A stretch of DNA of 59,498 nucleotides, taken from Clostridia bacterium. Lineage in GTDB: Bacteria; Bacillota; Clostridia; Peptostreptococcales; Anaerovoracaceae. The position numbers and the translations under genes are program-made. Where the stretch lies: contig JAKSSJ010000001.1 in assembly GCA_024403215.1 (NCBI GenBank), positions 1 to 59,498 of the forward strand, in the 5' to 3' direction. The notes beneath the pieces are model-generated. The model did not search any database, was not told the DNA's origin, and saw only the letters and a program-made list of their open reading frames with translations. How positions within the stretch are numbered: position 1 is the first letter of the stretch; every line of letters begins with the position of its first letter. Shown in pieces: positions 38,050 through 47,683 of the stretch.

Positions 38050-39921
38050 ATGAGAAAAATTATTGCACTATTATTATCGTTGGCAATGTTATTCTCCCTT
38101 TGCACTACGATAAGCTTCGGAGATGATATTGAGGTTGTCCCTATAACAGAGTCCTCAATACAGTATTCAAGGTATGTTGCTTTTGGCGATAGTATGACAA
38201 GAGGAACAGGTATCGATGAAAACGCTGATGCTAAAGCACGCAATCCGCTTTATAGAAATGTTTATAACATTTATGGTGATGCTGCATATCCTTACCTCGT
38301 TTCAATGGCAGTTGATTGTAAGGCAAATGATAAGTATTATGAATCGTGGCAAACTCAGCCGTTCTATAACGTGTCTAACAACGGATTAACGCTTGCCGCT
38401 GTTATGGATATTTTAGGGCTTGAGAAATATCCATCAGAATACGTACTAGATAATGTGTTTGATTATTATTACCAAGACACGGCAACTATGTTCGGTAATA
38501 ACGAAACTAAAACAAAAAAATATGAGCACACAAACGTAAGCTTATTTGAGGAGTACAGCAATCAAGCGTCCTATATAAATTTACCAACCGATACAAATTT
38601 ACCAACAGTAGGGTCTGGTGTTGTTGACTTCATTGAAAACGCAGAAGGATCAGATGAAAAGAAGCCTATCTTAATTACAGCAAACCTTGGTTTAGCAGAT
38701 GTGGTTCTTGAGCCTCTTGCTAGGTTCGCTTTGGACGTACAAAACCATAAATACGATAATGTAGCATTTTCAGATGCGTATTTTGTAAATGAGCTTGCAG
38801 AAAGCTTTGACTATTGGAAGACAACATATCCAAAATTTGTAGAAGCTCTTTATGAAATGAATCATGATGTAGACATTGCCCTAATTGGATATTCCAATCC
38901 ATTTGAAGGATTTAGACTTGACGACAATCTGGTTCTTGAAATAGGCAATATAGTAAAACCTTTTATCATGGCAATGAATGATGTTGTAAAACAGATTGCC
39001 AAAGATTACGATTATTGCATATATGTTGATACCAATAATGCGGAAAGCAATATTGACGAATTCAAGCTGACGCTTGATGACCTTTGGGATTATAGTAATT
39101 TAGAGCTTGTTTGGGCAACCCATCTTTCAGGAAATGCCCACAGATATGTTGCAAGACAGATTGTTAAAGCTGTAGAAAATCACTATGATAAACCTGTAGT
39201 ATCAAAATATAACCAGTATAATATTGTTGTAGATCTTGGAAGAGAAGAATTTGCAGGCCGAGATATAGATATAAAAGTTACTATTAATGGTCTTGAGGTT
39301 CCAGCAAGATTAGAGGGCACGGTTCTTTATGTTGAAAATATAAATCCATATGCCGTAACAATGAATGTTATAGTTTATAGTTGTTATTATAATGAAGCTA
39401 ATAGCAGTTGGGAGGATGCGTTATTCAGTTACGTTCTCAATTGGGAAGAAGATCATTTCGAGGCGTGCAGGGTCTATAGTACAAACAGCATTGATGATAC
39501 CGTTGATACAGTAGTCGATAACACAAAAGCGGTTGTAGATACTGCTATTGAAGTAGCAGTTGATGTTGCCACTTTCCCACTTGAGGTAACAGATGCAGTA
39601 ATTGACCGCGTTCTGGATGCTCGCGAGGGAAATTCTGTTGGAGAAAGAGAAGCAGAGCTTTGGAATGCATTTTGGTATGGTGCAGAGCACGTAGGAGAAG
39701 CCTTTGTCTGTGGCGCAAGCAATGTTGCAAAAGATATAGCCTGCTTTAATTATGGGAAGGCAGCATGCGATTTTGGCTGTATGCTAGACAAGGTTGCATA
39801 TGCTGTTGAAGATGCGCTGATTGCGGGAGATGACAGCGGAATAGGCGTAATAACAGCAACAGTAAACCTTTGGGAAGCTGCTGGCAATGCTTGGAACGAT
39901 TTCTGGGGAAATGATAATTAA
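38050..39921 (+). CDS. secreted SGNH/GDSL-family hydrolase with a long C-terminal region of unknown function
   Basis: Signal peptide MRKIIALLLSLAMLFSLC followed by YVAFGDSMTRGTG (GDS block I). The C-terminal approximately 250 aa are not recognisable. Confidence 0.65.
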   Translation: MRKIIALLLSLAMLFSLCTTISFGDDIEVVPITESSIQYSRYVAFGDSMTRGTGIDENADAKARNPLYRNVYNIYGDAAYPYLVSMAVDCKANDKYYESWQTQPFYNVSNNGLTLAAVMDILGLEKYPSEYVLDNVFDYYYQDTATMFGNNETKTKKYEHTNVSLFEEYSNQASYINLPTDTNLPTVGSGVVDFIENAEGSDEKKPILITANLGLADVVLEPLARFALDVQNHKYDNVAFSDAYFVNELAESFDYWKTTYPKFVEALYEMNHDVDIALIGYSNPFEGFRLDDNLVLEIGNIVKPFIMAMNDVVKQIAKDYDYCIYVDTNNAESNIDEFKLTLDDLWDYSNLELVWATHLSGNAHRYVARQIVKAVENHYDKPVVSKYNQYNIVVDLGREEFAGRDIDIKVTINGLEVPARLEGTVLYVENINPYAVTMNVIVYSCYYNEANSSWEDALFSYVLNWEEDHFEACRVYSTNSIDDTVDTVVDNTKAVVDTAIEVAVDVATFPLEVTDAVIDRVLDAREGNSVGEREAELWNAFWYGAEHVGEAFVCGASNVAKDIACFNYGKAACDFGCMLDKVAYAVEDALIAGDDSGIGVITATVNLWEAAGNAWNDFWGNDN

Positions 39922-39952
39922 AAACTAGTATCAAAAATTAAGACATTTTAAA

Positions 39953-39979
39953 ACCCTGCCTTGCATTGCAAGGCAGGGT
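39953..39979. terminator. Bidirectional hairpin terminator between the SGNH hydrolase gene and rnhA
   Basis: ACCCTGCCTTGCA-TTGCAAGGCAGGGT perfect stem with an A/T-rich run on either side. Confidence 0.65.
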
Positions 39980-40012
39980 TGCTTTACAAATCGTCAATTA
40001 CCGATGAGTTAT

Positions 40013-40576
40013 TTATCTTACGCCGTCTATTCCCTTATTTGCCAGGGCGTCGCAGCGGTTATTGTATTCAATTATCTTTGAAAACTGTTCAAAACTGAAT
40101 AAATCTCCGTTGTGTTCCTTAAATTTTTTGTAGTCTGCCTGGCTTGGGCTTTTAACATGGCCTTTTACTAAAAAATAGCTAGGTTTTTGCTTTTCTAGGA
40201 GCAAAATGAGCTTTTCCCAAAGATCCTGGTTCTCAACGGGGTCTTTTTTACTGGTTTTCCAGCCGTTCTTTTGCCAGTTTAGGTGCCAGCTTTGTTTGAA
40301 GCAGTTTATAAGATAAGAAGAATCTGAGAAAATTCTTATCTCAAGACCCTCTTTTTTGAGTGCTGAAAGGGCATTTACCAGGGCCAAAAGCTCCATTCTG
40401 TTGTTTGTGGTGTTGATTTCGCCTCCAAAAAGCTCTTTTTCAACCCCTTCGTACTCCAAAACAGCTCCCCAGCCGCCTATATTTTGTTCATTTTGGTTGC
40501 CTGAGCAGGCACCGTCTGTGTAAATATTAACCAATTCTGCTCCGCTATCTCTTGAAATTTCAAGCCTTGTTGACAT
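40013..40576 (-). CDS. rnhA: ribonuclease HI
   Basis: ...IYTDGACSGNQ...GGWGAVL...TNNRMELLALVNAL...SDSSYLINC...GHV... are the catalytic DEDD-type RNase H motifs. Start chosen at MSTRLEI (40576). Confidence 0.85.
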   Translation of the reverse strand: MSTRLEISRDSGAELVNIYTDGACSGNQNEQNIGGWGAVLEYEGVEKELFGGEINTTNNRMELLALVNALSALKKEGLEIRIFSDSSYLINCFKQSWHLNWQKNGWKTSKKDPVENQDLWEKLILLLEKQKPSYFLVKGHVKSPSQADYKKFKEHNGDLFSFEQFSKIIEYNNRCDALANKGIDGVR

Positions 40577-40735
40577 AATACTGTAAATTTTGCTTAACTT
40601 CAATGTAAATGTTCTGTAACATACAAGAAGTATACTAATACTGTACAAAAATATTATAAAGCCGAAATGGCCTTTGGTCAAAAAGAATTTTGATCAAAGA
40701 AATTTTGCATCAAGAAAAACAGGAAAGGAGGAGAC

Positions 40736-41473
40736 ATGAAAAGGTTTAGCAAACTAATTGCATTTGTTCTTTGCTTAGTAACATTAGCATCAACTTTTGC
40801 ATTTGCGGTTACACCAGCAGCTATTACAACAACAAATGCTGCAGTTGTTAAAAAACAAAACATTGCAGAGATTGTAAGCCCTGTAAGTGGTAGTGCAACA
40901 AAATCAGACAGTCTTCTCGTTTCCGTTAAGCTTAATAAAGCGGCAACAGTAAAGGTTACTATCTATGAAGAAAAAATAGAAAATAGAAAAGTAGTAACAA
41001 GTTATGTTTCTGGTGTTGCTATTACAAAAGAAGCAATTAGTTACACAAGTGTAGATGTTACTTCCTTTGGCGCAGTAAGTAGTGCAGCTATTACAAGCGC
41101 TGCAGCAACAACTACAAAAGAGGCTGTAAGCGGCAGTGCTGTAAATGCAAGTTCTGCAGCTGTTAAACCTTATGTTGATAAACTTTTTGTTAGTCCAGTA
41201 TATTACACAAGCAAGGATGAGCTTGGTTTCTACACAGGTCAAGTCAATGACGTAAAGCCTGGCTTATACAAGATGGTTGTAGAAGTTGTTGAAGAAAAGA
41301 CAGCAAAAGATAAAGACGGCAAAGAATATAAATACGAAACATCTATAGAAAAAACAGAAAGTATCTTTGCAGTACAAGAAAAGCCTGCTGAAGAAAAAAC
41401 TCAGGCACAAACAAAGGAAAAGGCAAACGCTCTTACGATAATAACAACTATTCTTAAATCACTGTTCAAATAA
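40736..41473 (+). CDS. secreted protein of unknown function (Ala/Ser/Thr/Val-rich)
   Basis: GGAGGAG RBS and signal peptide MKRFSKLIAFVLCLVTLASTFAFA; its stop overlaps the next start (TAATG). Confidence 0.6.
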   Translation: MKRFSKLIAFVLCLVTLASTFAFAVTPAAITTTNAAVVKKQNIAEIVSPVSGSATKSDSLLVSVKLNKAATVKVTIYEEKIENRKVVTSYVSGVAITKEAISYTSVDVTSFGAVSSAAITSAAATTTKEAVSGSAVNASSAAVKPYVDKLFVSPVYYTSKDELGFYTGQVNDVKPGLYKMVVEVVEEKTAKDKDGKEYKYETSIEKTESIFAVQEKPAEEKTQAQTKEKANALTIITTILKSLFK

Positions 41474-42819
41474 TGACAAACAGAACTAAAGAAAACATAA
41501 AATCAGTAATCATAGTAGTATTGTTTCTTACAACAATACTACTTTTATATTTAGTCTTTGCAAAATCTGCAGATGTAAACATCAAAAATCTTTTGCCTCA
41601 CCAAAAGCAAGAAGAGGTTTTGGATGCTGTGCTAGCAAAGGATGTTGCCGTGCCAAAGAAAGCTGTTTATTCAAACGGCAGCGGTGCATATATTAGTGCA
41701 AACGAAAAAGACAGATTGTTTGAAAAAGCTCTTGCGTTTTTTGCATCGGCCTCAAACCAAGGCACAATGATGGTTTCAGAGGTTTCACTTGCAGAATACG
41801 AGGAGGCTGTTCACCATGCAGAATCGCTCAGCTTTAATTTTGATTATTCAATTCCGTTCTCAGAGTTTATAAAAACATATGAAATAAAAAGAGCAAGTGG
41901 TTTTGCAAATATTAATAGCATTTCCGCATTTGTTTTTTCTGGCTCGGACGCAAACAACATAATTGCAGCAGACTATTTCACCGGAAAATATTTTAGAATT
42001 GTTTACGAATCAGAACGCGCTTGGAAGGATGAAATTCTTTTAGGCCGTGAACCATCAGGAGAAAGCTCGTATAGAATAGATCAGGTGCTTGGCCTTGGTG
42101 CTGGTGCTTTGGTGCCAGTTTCAACATCAAGAAAAACAGAAGAGATAGTTTTCATAACTGAAGACTATTCTGAAGAGTCACCAATATTAAAATCTGTTGC
42201 ATCAACTGTATTTGGAAACAACTTTAGTTTTGTAAGACGTATTCACGACAATTTTGGAAACCTTACATTTATGTACGGCTATGGCGGAAAAACCTTAAGC
42301 TCTAACGCAAATGGTTCTTTGGAATACAAGCAAACAGATCTTCAGGATGGAAGTTCAAATGGATTTTATGGAGACCTGCAAACTGCAGTAAACTTTATTG
42401 CGGCTTGCGGTGGTTTTAATGTAAATAAGGATAGCACTCAGTTTGTATTAGCTGGTGCAGAAAAAGATACAAGCTCTGATTCATATACCTTCTACTTTAT
42501 GCAAGAGCTTGACGGAGAAATAGTATACACAGAAAAACCATTTGCTGTAATGGTTAGAGTAGAAAAAGGACAAGTAAGCTCTTACCTAAGACAAGCAATT
42601 TATGCAAACAGATCCTATGCACAAAGAGAAGAAGTTTTGCAAGCAGCAAATGCAATCATTCAATCAAGGTTTGGTTTTGATTTATCAGTAACAGCAGAAA
42701 ATTTAGTAAGCATTTCAACATGCTATAAAGAAAAGGATGGAAATCTTGTTCCATCTTGGATGCTTAGATTTGCAGATGGGAGCACAGAATGGATTGGTCT
42801 AAAGCGAAGTCAGTATTAA
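41473..42819 (+). CDS. yycH: YycH-like membrane-anchored protein
   Basis: 448 aa. The N-terminus MTNRTKENIKSVIIVVLFLTTILLLYLVF resembles the YycH signature (..ENIKS.. plus a TM). Its size and its position ahead of yycI-like, walJ-like and htrA-like genes also fit. Confidence 0.55.
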   Translation: MTNRTKENIKSVIIVVLFLTTILLLYLVFAKSADVNIKNLLPHQKQEEVLDAVLAKDVAVPKKAVYSNGSGAYISANEKDRLFEKALAFFASASNQGTMMVSEVSLAEYEEAVHHAESLSFNFDYSIPFSEFIKTYEIKRASGFANINSISAFVFSGSDANNIIAADYFTGKYFRIVYESERAWKDEILLGREPSGESSYRIDQVLGLGAGALVPVSTSRKTEEIVFITEDYSEESPILKSVASTVFGNNFSFVRRIHDNFGNLTFMYGYGGKTLSSNANGSLEYKQTDLQDGSSNGFYGDLQTAVNFIAACGGFNVNKDSTQFVLAGAEKDTSSDSYTFYFMQELDGEIVYTEKPFAVMVRVEKGQVSSYLRQAIYANRSYAQREEVLQAANAIIQSRFGFDLSVTAENLVSISTCYKEKDGNLVPSWMLRFADGSTEWIGLKRSQY

Positions 42820-43304
42820 TAATTGCACTGCTTGCTGTTTGTTTGCTGCTCTCTGGAATTTTGCTTGAAGGAAAGCTTGCGGACAGCAAGAAAGAAAAGA
42901 TTGCAATTGAAGAAACAAAAGAATATATAAAGTCTATCGGCGCAGAGCTTAGCACGGAGATTCCTCTTGATAGGCCAGCTCTTCCTGTAATTTTTGTTGA
43001 GTATGATGAAAAGGCAGAAGGCCTTACATATAAAGACTACAAGGTTTATGCTGGAGCAAAAGAGGCAAGTGGCTACTCACTCTCAAAGGAAGGAGAAAGC
43101 AGTGCTAAGGTTATACCTGCTCACATTGCTCTTCTTCAGGCTGTTTCAAACGCAGAAAACAAGACTGAAATTACAAGCATAGAGCTTGTGTACTATATCG
43201 ATACTAGTGTATATAGCGGCAGCCCAAACAGCGATACAGCTATTCCTGCGTGGAGGGTTGAAACAAGTAATGGAACCTACTACGTAAATGCTTATGCACA
43301 ATAA
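42789..43304 (+). CDS. yycI: YycI-like membrane-anchored protein (short form)
   Basis: Begins MDWSKAKSVLIIALLAVCLLL, the characteristic YycI N-terminus. At 171 aa it is shorter than Bacillus YycI. Confidence 0.5.
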   Translation: MDWSKAKSVLIIALLAVCLLLSGILLEGKLADSKKEKIAIEETKEYIKSIGAELSTEIPLDRPALPVIFVEYDEKAEGLTYKDYKVYAGAKEASGYSLSKEGESSAKVIPAHIALLQAVSNAENKTEITSIELVYYIDTSVYSGSPNSDTAIPAWRVETSNGTYYVNAYAQ

Positions 43305-43358
43305 ACAAATAAACGACACATCATCTTCACATAGTTATACGATAATATAGGAGCAGAA

Positions 43359-44171
43359 ATGAATTTGGCGATATGCTCTCTTGCAAGCGGGAGCAGCGGG
43401 AATTGTTACCTGGTAAAATCAAATAATACATCAATTCTTGTAGACGCCGGTCTTTCAGCAAAACAAATTTCTGAAAGGCTACTTTGCTGCGGTGTGCGCT
43501 TAGAAGATTTAAGCGCGGTGCTCCTAACTCATGAACATTCTGATCATACGCAAGGAATCAAGGTCCTCTTAAAATCAGAAAACATAAAACTATACACTAA
43601 CAGGAAAACTTTTAGCGGCACAAATTTAAATTTGAATGAAAACCAAGTTGTCATAGTTAAAACTGGCGAAACCTTTCAAATAGGTGATTTAACAGTTTCG
43701 TCCTTTCAAAACTCTCATGATGCCGCTGATCCAATGGGCTTTTCAATTAGCGCAAACAATAAGACCATAACAATAGTTACAGATACAGGTTTCGTAACAG
43801 AAGAAGCATATAATAATATGAAGCTTGCTGACATTCTTGTCTTAGAATCTAATCATGATGAAAACATTCTAAAGATAGGAAGATATCCTTGGTTTCTTAA
43901 GCAAAGAATACTTGGGGATAAGGGGCACTTATCAAATGACGCCGCAGCAGAAATTCTGCAAAGGCTATACAAAGAGGGCGTTTGGAAACAGGATTTGGGA
44001 AGCGAGGCTCACCAGGTTCTTTTAGCCCATCTGTCTTTGGAAAACAATTTTCCAGAGATGGCTCAAACAACAGTATCAAATATTTTAGAGGCGGACGGAG
44101 TAGACGTTGGCAGAAGTGTTAAGTTATTTACACTGTCGAGAACAGAACCAAGTCCGCTGTTTGAAGCATAA
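43359..44171 (+). CDS. walJ: MBL-fold metallo-hydrolase (WalJ/YycJ-like)
   Basis: ...LLTHEHSDHTQG... metallo-beta-lactamase motif, 270 aa, with YycJ-like context. Confidence 0.75.
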   Translation: MNLAICSLASGSSGNCYLVKSNNTSILVDAGLSAKQISERLLCCGVRLEDLSAVLLTHEHSDHTQGIKVLLKSENIKLYTNRKTFSGTNLNLNENQVVIVKTGETFQIGDLTVSSFQNSHDAADPMGFSISANNKTITIVTDTGFVTEEAYNNMKLADILVLESNHDENILKIGRYPWFLKQRILGDKGHLSNDAAAEILQRLYKEGVWKQDLGSEAHQVLLAHLSLENNFPEMAQTTVSNILEADGVDVGRSVKLFTLSRTEPSPLFEA

Positions 44172-44210
44172 TTTTTTAGGTGAGGTATTGTCCACCTAAA
44201 GGAGGAAGAA

Positions 44211-45410
44211 ATGAAAAAAGTTGCAGCAGTAGTGCTTATTGTAGCACTCGCATTCTTGGCTGGCTTTAGCGGCGGCATGCTTGCAAATCAGCAGTCAGGA
44301 TCTGGCGTCAGCATTGATGCCTTTGGCCAAAGATTTGAAGTAACACAAAAGAAGGAAAAGACTCCTGCTCAAAATGTTACAATCAATGTTTCTGAAGAAG
44401 GAACAATAGCAGAAGCAATTGCAGAAAAAGCCCTTCCATCAGTTGTAGGAATTACAACAACATTCGAAAGCACTTATCAGAGCATAGATATGTTTGATTT
44501 CTTTGGCTTTGGCGGTGGCGGCAGAAATTATAACTATGAATCAACAGGAGTTGGAACTGGCTTTATCATTGATGAGGCCGGCTATATTCTTACCAACTCT
44601 CATGTAATAAACGACGGTCAGTATAAATCCGTAAAGGTAAGTCTGTATGATGGCGAGGAGCTTGAAGGAAAGGTTCTTTGGAATGATTCCACTTTAGACC
44701 TTGCAGTGGTAAGGGTTGAGGCCACTGGCCTTACAGCTGTAGAAATTGGAGATTCCGATACAGTAAAAATTGGGTCCTATGCGGCAGCAATAGGAAATCC
44801 TTTGGGTCTTGCATTTGAAAGATCTATGAGCCAGGGAATCATCTCCGGCCTTAATAGAACAATAACAGTAAGCACGGATGGCAGCACAACAAATGCTACT
44901 ACAATGGAAAATCTTATCCAAACAGATGCTACTATCAATTCCGGAAATTCCGGCGGCCCACTTTTCAACTCTAAAGGAGAGGTTATAGGCATCAATTCCG
45001 CAAAGGCTTCCAATGGCGAGGGCATGGGCTTTGCAATTCCAATCAATATTGCAAATCCAATAGTGCAGCAGATAAAAGAGACTGGTAAGTTTGAAAGACC
45101 ATATATTGGAATTTCAGGCGTTGGACTTGAGGGCCAGACGGGCTATAGCTCGGATCAGCTTAAGGAAATGTTTGGTACCGACAAGGGTATTTACGTAAAT
45201 AGCGTAGTAGAAGGTGGCGGTGCCGAGGCGGCTGGCCTTAAAAAGGGCGATGTCATTACAAAGGTTAATGGAACCGAAGTTGGTACCATGAACAAAATCA
45301 ACTCAATTTTGATTAAATTTAAGGCAGGAGACAAGGTTGATGTTGAATATATGAGGGATGGCGAGACCAAAAAGACAAGTATCACCCTCCAAACACAGCT
45401 ACTTAAATAG
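44211..45410 (+). CDS. htrA: S1C (HtrA/DegP-like) serine protease with a PDZ domain
   Basis: N-terminal TM, ...TNSHVI..., ...INSGNSGGPLFN... (catalytic Ser) and a C-terminal PDZ (..GLKKGDVITKVNG..). Confidence 0.88.
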   Translation: MKKVAAVVLIVALAFLAGFSGGMLANQQSGSGVSIDAFGQRFEVTQKKEKTPAQNVTINVSEEGTIAEAIAEKALPSVVGITTTFESTYQSIDMFDFFGFGGGGRNYNYESTGVGTGFIIDEAGYILTNSHVINDGQYKSVKVSLYDGEELEGKVLWNDSTLDLAVVRVEATGLTAVEIGDSDTVKIGSYAAAIGNPLGLAFERSMSQGIISGLNRTITVSTDGSTTNATTMENLIQTDATINSGNSGGPLFNSKGEVIGINSAKASNGEGMGFAIPINIANPIVQQIKETGKFERPYIGISGVGLEGQTGYSSDQLKEMFGTDKGIYVNSVVEGGGAEAAGLKKGDVITKVNGTEVGTMNKINSILIKFKAGDKVDVEYMRDGETKKTSITLQTQLLK

Positions 45411-45424
45411 TATTTAGCGCAGTG

Positions 45425-45458
45425 AAAGCCGGGCCCGAATGGACCTGGCTTTTTGTTT
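45425..45458 (+). terminator. Rho-independent terminator after htrA
   Basis: AAGCCGGGCC...GGACCTGGCTT imperfect hairpin followed by TTTTTGTTTT. Confidence 0.55.
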
Positions 45459-45496
45459 TACTAACCAAATCTTCATTAATTTTTCTATTATATATT

Positions 45497-45525
45497 ATTG
45501 TAATAGACAAAAACTTATGATATAA
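45497..45525 (+). promoter_or_regulatory. ftsH promoter (TTGTAA-17-TATAAT with an extended TG)
   Basis: TTGTAA at 45497-45502, a 17-nt spacer, then TGATATAAT ending at 45525. Confidence 0.45.
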
Positions 45526-45595
45526 TTACGTACCAAAATTCAAAATTGTATTGGGGAAACAAAAAACCAAGGGATTTATAAGGAGAATTTTATAG

Positions 45596-47683
45596 ATGAA
45601 CAACAAAAAAGGACCACAATTATTTAAGGGACTAGCACTTTACGCAGTAATTTTTCTGGTAGTCATTGCTATAGTTTCTTCTGTTTCTGGAGGATTCTTT
45701 GCAGATGACCAAAGCACAACAGAGCTTGAGTACTCAGACTTTGTGCTTTACCTAGAAAAAGGCATGGTAAACGAGGTTATCGTAAAGGAAAATTCCCTTA
45801 CCTATAAAGGAAAATTAGTAGACGGCACTGCTTTTGTAGTTTCTGTTCCGTCATCTTATGATGCTGCAGTAATTACAGAAAAATATTTAGTGCCTCTTTC
45901 AGCAGATGGAGTACTTACTGTAACAACAGTAAAGGCATCTGCTTTGTCGGGCTTACTCGGCTGGCTTCCAACCATTCTGATGTTTATTCTTCTGATAATT
46001 ATGTTCAGAAGTCTTTCAGGTGGCGGCAAAGGCGGAGTAATGAACTTTGGAAAGTCTAAAGCTAGAATGACAAAGGGTGAAAACAAAATCACCTTTGAAA
46101 AGGTTGCAGCTTTGGAGGAAGAAAAGCAAGAGCTCGCAGAAATTGTCGATTACTTAAAGAATCCAAAGAAATATAAAGAGATGGGCGCAAGAATTCCAAG
46201 AGGAGTTCTTCTTGTAGGCCCTCCAGGAACAGGTAAGACATATATTTCAAAGGCAGTTGCAGGTGAAGCAGATGTTCCATTCTTCAGCATTTCTGGTTCA
46301 GATTTTGTAGAAATGTTTGTAGGTGTTGGTGCATCAAGAGTTAGAGATCTTTTCGCTGATGCAAAGAAGAACTCACCTTGCATAGTATTCATTGACGAAA
46401 TCGATGCTGTAGGCAGAAGAAGAGGCGCAGGCATTGGTGGTGGAAACGATGAAAGAGAGCAAACATTAAACCAGCTCCTTGTTGAGATGGATGGATTTGA
46501 TGAGAACTCTGGAATCATTGTGCTCGCAGCAACAAACCGTCCAGATGTTTTAGACCCTGCTATTTTAAGACCTGGTAGATTCGATAGACAGATTGTTATC
46601 TCTACTCCAGACGTTAAGGGCAGAGAAGAAGTCTTTGCACTTTATGCAAAGGGAAAGCCACTGGATGAACAGATTGACATGAAGGTTCTTGCAAAAAGAA
46701 CCCCAGGCTTTACACCAGCTGATATTGAAAACACTATGAATGAAGCCGCACTTCTTACAGCAAGAAGAAACGGAACTATCATTCATATGGATGATATTGA
46801 AGAAGCAATCACAAGAGTAATTGCTGGACCACAAAAGAAGTCAAGAGTTATCAGTGAGAAAGAAAAGAGACTCACAGCTTACCATGAAGCTGGACATGCA
46901 GTTGTTATGCGTAGTACAGAAGGCGGCGATCCAGTTCACCAGGTAACTATTATGCCAAGAGGAAGCGCTGGCGGATTTACAGAGCAGCTTCCACAAGAAG
47001 ATAGATACTATGCAACAAAGACTCAGATGGAAGAAGAGATTAGACATCTTCTTGGCGGAAGAGTTGCTGAAGCAATTTATCTTAAAGATATTTCAACTGG
47101 CGCATCAAACGACCTTGAAAGAGCAACAAAGATTGCACACGACATGGTTACAAAGTATGGTATGTCAGAAGCAATCGGTCCTGTAAACTATTCTGATGCA
47201 GACGAAGTATTCCTTGGAAGGGACTTTACTTCAAAGCAGAATTATTCAGAAGAGCTTGCATCAAAGATTGATGCAGAGGTTAAGTCTATCATAGAAGCTG
47301 CTTATGCTGAAACAGAAAAGATTTTAAAGAAGCATAAGAAAGAGATAGAAAGAGTTGCAGAGGCGCTTCTTGAAATGGAAACCTTAGACCAGGAAGAATT
47401 CGAAGCAGTATTTGCTGGAACAAAGACTATAGAAGAGCTTAAGTCTGCAGATGCAGAAAGATTTGCCGCAAGAAAAGTTATTGAAGACGAAGAAGCCAAA
47501 AAGCGTGCAGAAAAAGAAGCAGAGGAAGCAAAGGCTGCAGAAAAAGAAAAGCTTAATGGCGTAAGAGTTGCAATTCTTGATAAAGACGGAAAATTTGTAG
47601 TTAAAGAAAACGAAGATAGTGCCGAAGATAATCAGGCAGAAAATTCTGAAGAGAGTTCTGAAGACAATTCCGAAAATGAATAA
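45596..47683 (+). CDS. ftsH: ATP-dependent zinc metalloprotease FtsH
   Basis: ...[11 protein letters not shown]... AAA+ module, ...HEAGHAV... zinc site and an acidic, Lys-rich C-terminal tail. Confidence 0.96.
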   Translation: MNNKKGPQLFKGLALYAVIFLVVIAIVSSVSGGFFADDQSTTELEYSDFVLYLEKGMVNEVIVKENSLTYKGKLVDGTAFVVSVPSSYDAAVITEKYLVPLSADGVLTVTTVKASALSGLLGWLPTILMFILLIIMFRSLSGGGKGGVMNFGKSKARMTKGENKITFEKVAALEEEKQELAEIVDYLKNPKKYKEMGARIPRGVLLVGPPGTGKTYISKAVAGEADVPFFSISGSDFVEMFVGVGASRVRDLFADAKKNSPCIVFIDEIDAVGRRRGAGIGGGNDEREQTLNQLLVEMDGFDENSGIIVLAATNRPDVLDPAILRPGRFDRQIVISTPDVKGREEVFALYAKGKPLDEQIDMKVLAKRTPGFTPADIENTMNEAALLTARRNGTIIHMDDIEEAITRVIAGPQKKSRVISEKEKRLTAYHEAGHAVVMRSTEGGDPVHQVTIMPRGSAGGFTEQLPQEDRYYATKTQMEEEIRHLLGGRVAEAIYLKDISTGASNDLERATKIAHDMVTKYGMSEAIGPVNYSDADEVFLGRDFTSKQNYSEELASKIDAEVKSIIEAAYAETEKILKKHKKEIERVAEALLEMETLDQEEFEAVFAGTKTIEELKSADAERFAARKVIEDEEAKKRAEKEAEEAKAAEKEKLNGVRVAILDKDGKFVVKENEDSAEDNQAENSEESSEDNSENE

